In this document: positions 18,038-26,129 of the stretch, in pieces
Position numbering within the stretch: the stretch's first letter is position 1
How the letters are laid out: each line of letters starts with the position of its first letter
Assembly (NCBI GenBank): GCA_022828145.1
Contig: JAJEJA010000015.1
Location: forward strand, 9,298 to 73,297
Origin: Candidatus Poribacteria bacterium
GTDB taxonomy: Bacteria > Poribacteria > WGA-4E > WGA-3G
Reading direction: 5' to 3'
DNA length: 64,000 nt
Notes under the pieces: model-generated
Databases searched by the model: none
Told to the model about the DNA's origin: nothing
Seen by the model: the letters and a program-made list of their open reading frames with translations, nothing else
Made by a program: the position numbers and the translations under genes

Positions 18038-19373
18038 ATTATTGAATTCTAAACACCAGGACTTTTTAGCTTTCATCAATGCGTTTAAAGCAGTTTCACC
18101 AACTATTTCTGAGGCGCAACGCAAAGGGCTCCTCCGAAGAGGTATAGAGGAACACGGTCTCTCTGTTGATGAAGCTGTTGAAATACTTGACACATCAGGG
18201 TTAGTCATCGGAGAACAGGTCAATTACTTAGAAGTGTTAGGTCTGTCAATCTCAGACATTGAAAATCAGAGTGAAGATGAAATAGCACATAAGATCAATG
18301 CGGCACACAAAGAACGTTATCGTACTTCGCTAAATGCTGGAGGTCGTCCGCGTGCTGATGGTAAAACAGAGGAACAGTGGCGAATACTCCTAAACCAAGC
18401 ACACGAAGTCTTGATTGATTCTAAGAGGAGAGATGAACATATTGCAATTCTTCAATACGAAGTCGCAGAACAGTATTCAGCTATTGACGAAACGTCTTCA
18501 CAAGAATTAACTGACGATGACAAAACTATTCATGAAATATCAGATGTTGACAGGACATCGCTTCAGCAAACAACCCATCAGACTGTTCCGCTTGATATAG
18601 ATGTACCTCAGGACATGGTTTACATTCCCGCAGGTGAATTCCTGATGGGAAGTGATGTAAAGGAAGCAAAGAAATCTGAGAAACCTGTGCATAATGTCTA
18701 CACAGATGCATTCTTTATGGACAGATACTTGGTAACAAATGCACAGTTCAAAGCGTTCATTGATGCTAACCCACAGTGGCGTAAACCGCAGCCGTCAACA
18801 GATCATATAGATGAAAGATACCATGATGGGGCTTACTTGGAACATTGGCATCAAGATAATTATCCGAGAGGAAAAGATGAACATCCGGTCACAAAAGTGA
18901 GTTGGTATGCTGCTACAGCGTATGCACAGTGGATTGGTAAACGCTTGCCAACAGAAGCAGAGTGGGAGAAAGCCGCTCGGGGTGGGTTGGAAAGAATGAA
19001 ATATCCCTGGGGGAACGCAATTGATACGACAAAGGCTAACTATCTATTCCATAACGGCAGTACAACTCCAGTCGGTCAATATCCTCCAAATAGATATGGA
19101 CTATATGACATGTGTGGGAATGTTTGGGAATGGTGTCTTGATGCGTATCACGCGAGATTCTATGTAAAGTCACCATCACATAATCCATTTTCTGATAGTA
19201 TTAGTATGGAAAACGTAATATATTATTTTAGAGAAATCAATACACCTCGTGTATTACGGGGTGGTGCGTGGGGAGTTGAGCCTCAGCGTGTAAGGGTTGC
19301 ATCTCGGCTAAAGGGGCAACCAGAATACACGATTCAGACCTTCGGTTTTCGTTGCGTAATGGATATTGATTAG
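18027..19373 (+). CDS. Degenerate J-domain + FGE-sulfatase domain protein, paralog 2
   Basis: Same architecture (NYLEVLG..RADG..; RLPTEAEWEKAARGG). Overlaps paralog 1 by 11 nt. Confidence 0.85.
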   Translation: MRSRLLNSKHQDFLAFINAFKAVSPTISEAQRKGLLRRGIEEHGLSVDEAVEILDTSGLVIGEQVNYLEVLGLSISDIENQSEDEIAHKINAAHKERYRTSLNAGGRPRADGKTEEQWRILLNQAHEVLIDSKRRDEHIAILQYEVAEQYSAIDETSSQELTDDDKTIHEISDVDRTSLQQTTHQTVPLDIDVPQDMVYIPAGEFLMGSDVKEAKKSEKPVHNVYTDAFFMDRYLVTNAQFKAFIDANPQWRKPQPSTDHIDERYHDGAYLEHWHQDNYPRGKDEHPVTKVSWYAATAYAQWIGKRLPTEAEWEKAARGGLERMKYPWGNAIDTTKANYLFHNGSTTPVGQYPPNRYGLYDMCGNVWEWCLDAYHARFYVKSPSHNPFSDSISMENVIYYFREINTPRVLRGGAWGVEPQRVRVASRLKGQPEYTIQTFGFRCVMDID

Positions 19374-19400
19374 CGCAGTACAGATTAGGATAAGACTGAT

Positions 19401-20660
19401 ATGAATAAACACGATACGTATAAAACCCTAATTCAGGAATTTAAAGCAGTATCTCCATCCATCACCGAGGCGCAACGCAAAGGGATCCTCCGAAGAGGTA
19501 TAGAGGAACACGGTCTCTCTGTTGATGAAGCTGTTGAATTACTTGACACATCAGGGTTAGTCATCGGAGAACAGGTCAATTACTTTGAAGTGTTAGGTCT
19601 ATCAATCTCAGACATTGAAAATCAGAGTGAGGATGAAATTAAGCATCACATCAATGCGGCACACAAAGAACGTTATCGTACTTCGCTAAGTGCTGGAGGT
19701 CGTCCGCGTGCTGATGGTAAAACAGAGGAACAGTGGCGAATGCTCCTCAATCAAGCACACGAAATCTTGCTTGATCCGAAGAGAAGAGAGGAACATATTG
19801 CATTTCTTCAAAACGAAGTCGCAGAACAGTATTCCGATATTGAGAGGACATCGTTTCAACAAACAACACATCAGACTGTTTCACATGATGTGCCTGATGA
19901 TATGGTTTACATTCCTGCAGGTGAATTCCTGATGGGGAGTGATGAAAAGGAGGCAGATAACTCTGAAAAACCTGTGCATAGTGTCTACACAGATGCATTC
20001 TTTATGGACAGATACTTGGTAACAAATGCACAATTCAAGGATTTCATTGATGCTAACCCAAAGTGGCAAGTTCCCAGGTGGTTAAGAAATACACTTTTTC
20101 TGAAATATTGTGATCAGGATTATTTGAAAGACTGGTATACAAGCAACTATCCAAACGGGAAAGCCAACCATCCGGTAAAATGGGTGAGTTGGTATGCAGC
20201 AATGGCTTATGCACAATGGGTGGGTAAACGTCTACCAACAGAGGCGGAATGGGAGAAAGCTGCCCGCTGCGGCGTGTCAGGACAAAAATATCCATGGGGT
20301 AATACGATTCATGTGAGCAGCGCAAACTACGATAAACATGTAGGTGAAACAACACCTATAGATGCATATCCTCCAAACAAAAACGGTCTATACGATATGG
20401 TGGGGAACGTCGCTGAATGGTGCCTTGATGAATGGGATAGCGAATTCTATGTGTCTTCACAAAGTCGTAATCCTATTGCAGGTGGTAGTATAAGTGACAT
20501 CATAGAAAACCTGAGAAAAACAAGAAAGTCGCGGGTGATACGGGGTGGTTCATGGTACTCTTCAGCGTATGAAGTGAGCATGTCATCGAGAGACAGATTA
20601 GAACCTTGGAAAACAGCCAGTACCACCGGATTCCGTTGTGTGAAACCTATTGAATCTTAA
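19401..20660 (+). CDS. Degenerate J-domain + FGE-sulfatase domain protein, paralog 3
   Basis: Same architecture; 5' half nearly identical in DNA to paralog 2. Confidence 0.85.
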   Translation: MNKHDTYKTLIQEFKAVSPSITEAQRKGILRRGIEEHGLSVDEAVELLDTSGLVIGEQVNYFEVLGLSISDIENQSEDEIKHHINAAHKERYRTSLSAGGRPRADGKTEEQWRMLLNQAHEILLDPKRREEHIAFLQNEVAEQYSDIERTSFQQTTHQTVSHDVPDDMVYIPAGEFLMGSDEKEADNSEKPVHSVYTDAFFMDRYLVTNAQFKDFIDANPKWQVPRWLRNTLFLKYCDQDYLKDWYTSNYPNGKANHPVKWVSWYAAMAYAQWVGKRLPTEAEWEKAARCGVSGQKYPWGNTIHVSSANYDKHVGETTPIDAYPPNKNGLYDMVGNVAEWCLDEWDSEFYVSSQSRNPIAGGSISDIIENLRKTRKSRVIRGGSWYSSAYEVSMSSRDRLEPWKTASTTGFRCVKPIES

Positions 20661-20714
20661 CGCCTTATTTTGATATAATTTTATAATAAGTCGAATTTAA
20701 GAAGAGATTAAACT

Positions 20715-22106
20715 ATGCAAGATCGAGAATCATATATTGACTTCATCAATGCATTTACGACGGTCTCTCCAACGATTTCTGACGAACAACACAAAAGGCT
20801 TCTCAATAGAGCGGTGCAATATCACGGTCTTTCTATTGATGAAGCAGTTGAAATCCTCAATGCTGCGGGATTAAGAATTGGTGAAACGGAGAACTATTTT
20901 GAGATACTGGGATTCTCCATAGAGGATTTTCAGAACCGTGATAAATTAGAAATTAAGGAACTTGTTGAAGCATCACACAATCAACTTTATCGTACTTCGC
21001 TAAATGCCGGAGGTCGTCCGCGTGCTGATGGTAAAACAGAAGAACAGTGGCGAATGCTCCTCAATCAAGCAAGAGATACACTTATTGATCCACAGAAACG
21101 CGAAGCACATATTAACATGCTTGGAGATGCTGTATTACCTGTTACCGAACCTGTTCCCCATGAGGAGCTTTCCACCTCAAATCCAATAGATTCAGAACTT
21201 ACCGATTTACCTTCTGAGGAGGAAGTTGCGGACCCAGAACCAACAGTTTCGCAACGCATAGAAAAAATCTCTGATGAACAGTTTCCTATACCAGAGTCTA
21301 CCCTGCATCTTCCATCAGAACAGGACGGTATGGTACTGATTCCAGCAAGTGCTTTTGACATGGGCAGCAATGATATTGAGGCGAACAGTGATGAGAAACC
21401 TGTCCATACTGTCTACGTCGATTCATTTTATATGGATAAACATCCAGTGACAAATGCAGAATATAAAGCGTTTATTGATGTGAATCCACATTGGCGAAAA
21501 CCGAATAAATGGTTTGAACGATACAATAATCAAACCGCTACTATTGATGATAGCCATCATGATGGGGACTATTTGAGACATTGGAAAGCGAATATATATC
21601 AATATGGGGATGCGGACCATCCAGTTACTTGGGTGAGTTGGTATGCTGCAATGGCTTATGCGCAATGGGTGGGTAAACGTCTACCGACAGAAGCAGAATG
21701 GGAAAAAGCTGCCCGCGGCGGGTTAACTGCTCAGAAATATCCTTGGGGACAATCAAGTGATATTAGCAGAGCCAACTACAACTTAATTGCAAATAAGACA
21801 ACTGCTGTAAATACATATCCACCCAATGAATTCGGATTATATGATATGGTAGGAAATGTCAGAGAATGGTGTCTTGACAAATGGGACAAAGGATTCTATC
21901 AAATATCTCCAAACATTAATCCGATCACAGATGGTACTATCAATGAAGTCATGGAACAATTTGAGAGCATACGCACATCCCGCGTCTTACGTGGTGGTTC
22001 TTGGGTAAGCATTCCTAAGAACGCTCGGATTGCATATCGATCGGGAAGTCTACCTTATTATACATGCATGAACATCGGATTCCGTTGTGTTAGATCTGCC
22101 GAATAA
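20715..22106 (+). CDS. Degenerate J-domain + FGE-sulfatase domain protein, paralog 4
   Basis: Same architecture with a long acidic Pro-rich linker. Confidence 0.85.
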   Translation: MQDRESYIDFINAFTTVSPTISDEQHKRLLNRAVQYHGLSIDEAVEILNAAGLRIGETENYFEILGFSIEDFQNRDKLEIKELVEASHNQLYRTSLNAGGRPRADGKTEEQWRMLLNQARDTLIDPQKREAHINMLGDAVLPVTEPVPHEELSTSNPIDSELTDLPSEEEVADPEPTVSQRIEKISDEQFPIPESTLHLPSEQDGMVLIPASAFDMGSNDIEANSDEKPVHTVYVDSFYMDKHPVTNAEYKAFIDVNPHWRKPNKWFERYNNQTATIDDSHHDGDYLRHWKANIYQYGDADHPVTWVSWYAAMAYAQWVGKRLPTEAEWEKAARGGLTAQKYPWGQSSDISRANYNLIANKTTAVNTYPPNEFGLYDMVGNVREWCLDKWDKGFYQISPNINPITDGTINEVMEQFESIRTSRVLRGGSWVSIPKNARIAYRSGSLPYYTCMNIGFRCVRSAE

Positions 22107-22175
22107 TGCCATTTTAAAACCTAAAAACGCACTCTAACGGATGGATAATGCAATCTAATCCATATCATATTGCAC

Positions 22176-22203
22176 TTGACAAAAGTCAGGAAATATCTAT
22201 AAT
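22176..22203 (+). promoter_or_regulatory. sigma70 promoter
   Basis: TTGACA-16 nt-TATAAT upstream of the gene at 22322. Confidence 0.7.
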
Positions 22204-22321
22204 AGAGATAGATTTCACCATCTATCAATCCTCAAAAATCTACGACATAGATGGCGAGAACGAAGTCGTTATAGGTTTATGTCTATAGCAAAATTTTGAA
22301 CAAGACTAAGGAGCATAAAAA

Positions 22322-23575
22322 ATGGCAAAACGGATAAAGATCGGGTTGATCGGTTGCGGTATGATATCCGGTTCACACATCAACGGATATCTTGCACACC
22401 CACAACATGCGGAAATCGTCGCTGTCTGCGATACAGTTGACGAAAACGCCAAGCGGAGAGCAGAACAGGTGCTTGCAGGTGCAGAAACACGTGCCGAAGA
22501 GGCGGCTGCCAACGCAAAGAAAACCGAAAACCCTGAATCACGTGAAAGTTTAAAAGAAAACGCAGCACGATGGTCTGAATATAAAGATAACGGTGTAAAA
22601 GTATTCAACGACTTTAATGAGATGATAAAGACATGTGAATTAGATGCCGTTAGTCTTGCTACGCCACCCTTTGTCCATGAAGCACCAACACTCGCAGCTG
22701 CAAACGCAGGAAAACATGTCTTCTGTGAAAAACCGATGGCACGCACAGCAACTGAAGCAAGAAATATGCGTGAAGCATGCGACAAAGCAGGCGTCAAACT
22801 GGCATACCAGAGCGGCGGAACATGTCTAAATCCTACCAGCTACGCTATACGAGACTACGTTACATCCGGAAAAATCGGTGATGTCCACTACGGCAGGCTC
22901 ACCAGTTACCGTCTACGCGGCAGACCTAATGTCGACATGTTCGGTTTCGGCAGATGGTTCCTGAATTCCGCCTACAGTGGCGGTGGTACGATATACGACA
23001 CAGGTGTTTACGACATCAACCGTTCCATCTATCTACTCGGTTCACCTCAACCCGCAACGATTAGTGGGATCGCCTATCGTGGTATGCTCCCAGAATACAC
23101 TGGAGATGAAATCAACGATGTTGAGGAATTCGCATCTGTTTTCGTCCGATTTACAAACGGTATGTCCTTTACTTATGAACACGGGTGGTCAAGTAACATG
23201 GCAGGACAGCCCCAAGGCATCTTCATTTTCGGTTCTAAAGGATCATTCAGTGGGGATAGACTCTTCCTTGAGAAAGGAAAATGGGAAACCGATGACCAAG
23301 GGAATCGCAGACGTTATCAAGGGAATCTTGAAGAAACACCGTTAGAATTGCCTGATAGACATTTCCCCGACAAGTTCCGTGATTTTCTCAATGCCTGTAG
23401 CAGCGACGCACAACCTGTCAGCAATGGCGATGTTGGTCAGAAGGTCACAGAGATTATGAGTGGTGCCCTACTGTCAGCAAAACTGGGTCGTGAAATTAGC
23501 GTGGAAGAGCTTTATGAAATTGAAGCACTCCGGACCGAACCAACGCCAGGTTGGCCCATACCGTTGGGAATTTAA
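22322..23575 (+). CDS. Gfo/Idh/MocA family oxidoreductase
   Basis: GLIGCGMIS, GKHVFCEKPMA, GGGTIYDTG; helical insertion at about aa 45-90. Confidence 0.9.
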   Translation: MAKRIKIGLIGCGMISGSHINGYLAHPQHAEIVAVCDTVDENAKRRAEQVLAGAETRAEEAAANAKKTENPESRESLKENAARWSEYKDNGVKVFNDFNEMIKTCELDAVSLATPPFVHEAPTLAAANAGKHVFCEKPMARTATEARNMREACDKAGVKLAYQSGGTCLNPTSYAIRDYVTSGKIGDVHYGRLTSYRLRGRPNVDMFGFGRWFLNSAYSGGGTIYDTGVYDINRSIYLLGSPQPATISGIAYRGMLPEYTGDEINDVEEFASVFVRFTNGMSFTYEHGWSSNMAGQPQGIFIFGSKGSFSGDRLFLEKGKWETDDQGNRRRYQGNLEETPLELPDRHFPDKFRDFLNACSSDAQPVSNGDVGQKVTEIMSGALLSAKLGREISVEELYEIEALRTEPTPGWPIPLGI

Positions 23576-23685
23576 CTGAAAGTTATTAAGTAAGGTTGCG
23601 TAGATATTAAATCCCAGTTCGGTAGGTTCGGTTTCCTAATCAAGGCAGAATACCACACGCGTATTCTGCCTTATGCGTCAATTTA

Positions 23686-24002
23686 GCGATTCCCAAGACT
23701 ATGACTGTAGCACATTCATCCTTGATTGTGCTTCTTTGAGCATCATTCTGTTAGATTATGCCTCTTTTGTAGCACATTCTGTTAGATTGTGCCTCTTTTT
23801 GTAGCACATTCTGTTAGATTGTGCCTCTTTTGTAGCACATTCTGTTAGATTATGCCTCTTTTGTAGCACATTCTGTTAGATTGTGCCTCTTTTGTAGCAC
23901 ATTCTGTTAGATTGTGCCTCTATCTACAACATTCATCATTCATTGCCATTCTCTGTCCAACATACATATTGGTAGTGCTACAGTCATGGTCTTTGGAATC
24001 GC
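23686..24002. mobile_element. MITE-like element: 28-bp terminal inverted repeats enclosing 7 tandem ~31-nt palindromic units
   Basis: gcgattcccaagactatgactgtagcac (23686-23713) and gtgctacagtcatggtctttggaatcgc (23975-24002) pair with 2 mismatches. The array of gtagcacattctgttagattgtgcctctttt spans 23707-23926. Confidence 0.75.
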
Positions 24003-24070
24003 TTGGTGCTGAAGAAACCTGAGATAGCGTTCTTTCCTTTTCCTAATCGCACCATAGGCAACATTTTAGG

Positions 24071-24142
24071 TTGACAATTTCGTTATAATTTAGTATCCTT
24101 TTAATTAAGGAAATAATCAGATTAATTAAGGAAATAATCAGA
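24071..24142 (+). promoter_or_regulatory. Promoter of the molybdoenzyme operon followed by a perfect 21-bp tandem duplication
   Basis: TTGACA(24071)-17-TATCCT, then ttaattaaggaaataatcaga twice (24101-24142). Confidence 0.6.
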
Positions 24143-24199
24143 CGTTCACGGAACAAAAGAATATTTACCTTAAAAAAACTATGATGTGGAGGAACAGAT

Positions 24200-25054
24200 G
24201 TGAAGAATTTTGAGTATTTTGAACCGAACACCCTTGCAGAAGCATCCCGCCTGTTTGCAGAAGAACACGCGCAGCTGCTTGCAGGTGGAACAGACCTTAT
24301 TATCGGCATGAAGGCATACACCGAAACACCGCAGTCTGTCATCAGCCTACAGAACATTCCAGGATTGACCGGTATCACCAAAGATTCAGATGAGAGTATC
24401 ACCATCGGGGCAATGACGAAAGTACGAGAAGTTGAGTTGTCAGAAGATATACTAAAACACCATACGGCATTGGCAGAAGGCGCATCTGAAATCGGTTCTA
24501 TCCAGATCCGAAACCTTGCAACTATCGGTGGAAACATTGCACATGCTTCTCCTGCTGCAGACACAGTTGCTGGTCTGCTTGCTGCTGACGCACAAGTCCA
24601 CATATCAGGTGCTGATGGTGAAAGAACTGTACCGATTAATGAACTTTTCACAGGTCCAGGTCAGACCGTTTTAACACCGGGTGAAATTATAACGCAATTT
24701 CGTCTGCCGAGTCCCGCATCTGGTTCCCACTATATTAAACATAAAATCCGTGAAGTGATGGATCTCGCGTTTATAGGTGTAGCTTCCGCTGTTAATGTAG
24801 ACAATGGCACAATAACAGATGCACGAATTGGACTTGCTGCCGTTGCACCGACCCCGATCCGCGCTATAGCAGCTGAAGAACTACTTAAAGGAAATGAACC
24901 TACTGACGAACTTCTGACGCAAGCAGGTGAAGCCGCAGCAGCAGCGAGCAGTCCGATATCCGACCTACGATGCTCTGCTGAACACCGCAAAGAGATGGTT
25001 AATGTCCTGACACGGAGAACGCTGCAATACGCATTGGAAAGAGCAAGAAACTAA
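24200..25054 (+). CDS. Xanthine dehydrogenase family FAD-binding subunit (CoxM/XdhB-like)
   Basis: LAGGTDL, IRNLATIGGN, ASPAAD. Confidence 0.92.
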   Translation: MKNFEYFEPNTLAEASRLFAEEHAQLLAGGTDLIIGMKAYTETPQSVISLQNIPGLTGITKDSDESITIGAMTKVREVELSEDILKHHTALAEGASEIGSIQIRNLATIGGNIAHASPAADTVAGLLAADAQVHISGADGERTVPINELFTGPGQTVLTPGEIITQFRLPSPASGSHYIKHKIREVMDLAFIGVASAVNVDNGTITDARIGLAAVAPTPIRAIAAEELLKGNEPTDELLTQAGEAAAAASSPISDLRCSAEHRKEMVNVLTRRTLQYALERARN

Positions 25055-25120
25055 AAGCATTGATATCTATGATGAGGATAACTCTATCCCACTCACTATA
25101 AATAAGGTAAGGAGAAGTAT

Positions 25121-25600
25121 ATGACAAAACATCCTGTCAATTTAAAAGTTAACGGAGATGAACACGATCTACTCATAGAACCACGCAAAACCCTTCTTGC
25201 GGTGTTACGCGATACAATCGGTTTGACAGGTACTAAAGAAGGATGTAGTACTGGTGATTGTGGTGCATGCACCGTCATCGTTGATGGCAAAGCCGTCACA
25301 TCATGCATGGTTCTCGGCGTTACCGTCTCTGGAAAAGAAATTACTACCATTGAAGGTTTAGCCAGTGATGGAGAACTTCATCCTATTCAACAAGCATTTA
25401 TTGATACAGGGGGATATCAGTGTGGATTCTGTACCCCAGGTTTCATTATGGCATCAAAGGTACTTGTAGATGAGAACCCGAACCGAACCGAAGAAGAATT
25501 CAGACATGCACTCGGAGGAAACATCTGCCGCTGTACCGGCTACACAAAGATTCTTGAAGCAGTGATACAAGCTGCAGAAGAGATACGGACTGCCTCATAG
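25121..25600 (+). CDS. Xanthine dehydrogenase family [2Fe-2S] subunit (CoxS-like)
   Basis: GCSTGDCGAC...SC, QCGFCTPG, NICRCTGY. Confidence 0.95.
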   Translation: MTKHPVNLKVNGDEHDLLIEPRKTLLAVLRDTIGLTGTKEGCSTGDCGACTVIVDGKAVTSCMVLGVTVSGKEITTIEGLASDGELHPIQQAFIDTGGYQCGFCTPGFIMASKVLVDENPNRTEEEFRHALGGNICRCTGYTKILEAVIQAAEEIRTAS

Positions 25601-25646
25601 AGAAGGCACCGATTCTTTATATACAATAAAACAATAAGGAGAAAAC

Positions 25647-25889
25647 ATGGCAAAAACACATCGTGGAAAAGGCATAAGACATCTATATGTAGACCCGAAC
25701 GGCACAGTTCATGAAGGTCTTTATAATAACGGACGAGGTACTTGTCCCATATCTGGTCGCACAGGTGTGAAGTTATTATATGAACATGAGGTTGATGGAA
25801 AAACCATTCGTGTTTGCAAAAGAGTTCATGCCGCGATAAAACGTGGAAAAATAGTCCTCTCATCTGCCAACACTGAAACTGAAGAATAG
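25647..25889 (+). CDS. Small basic protein with degenerate zinc-ribbon pattern (possibly ribosomal-protein-like)
   Basis: AAGGAG SD; MAKTHRGKGIR...GRGTCPISGRTGVKLLYE...VCKRV. Confidence 0.7.
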   Translation: MAKTHRGKGIRHLYVDPNGTVHEGLYNNGRGTCPISGRTGVKLLYEHEVDGKTIRVCKRVHAAIKRGKIVLSSANTETEE

Positions 25890-25939
25890 CAGATACCAAG
25901 TGTTAAACATATTGAAAGTCAATTCCTACAAATAGCCCT

Positions 25940-26060
25940 TAACGTGAGTTTGATAAATTAGAACAAATAACTTACGTAGGTTGGGTTGAGGAACGAAACC
26001 CAACATCTTAACCCATTATAGAGCAATACATGTCGGGTTTCGTGCCTCAACCCGACCTAC
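25940..26060. repeat. Composite repeat: AACGTGAGTTTGATAA end plus inverted GTAG-REP pair
   Basis: gtaggttgggttgaggaacgaaacccaaca ... tgtcgggtttcgtgcctcaacccgacctac. Inverted copy at 58335-58455. Confidence 0.75.
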
Positions 26061-26129
26061 AAACATAGCACTTAACAAAGCACTAGGTTTTAATATATTA
26101 AAAGTTACTCAGAGTGAAAGGAGACTTGC

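Noticed and set aside
16697-22106. Diversity-generating retroelement targets
   Set aside because: The fold is a known DGR target class, but no reverse transcriptase or template repeat is in the window. The 3' ends also differ at all base types, including synonymous sites.
16697-22106. Active formylglycine-generating enzymes
   Set aside because: The catalytic Cys pair following RGGS is absent in all four paralogs.
23707-23926. CRISPR array (also 8171-8336)
   Set aside because: The 30-31-nt units abut directly with no unique spacers, and no cas genes are adjacent.
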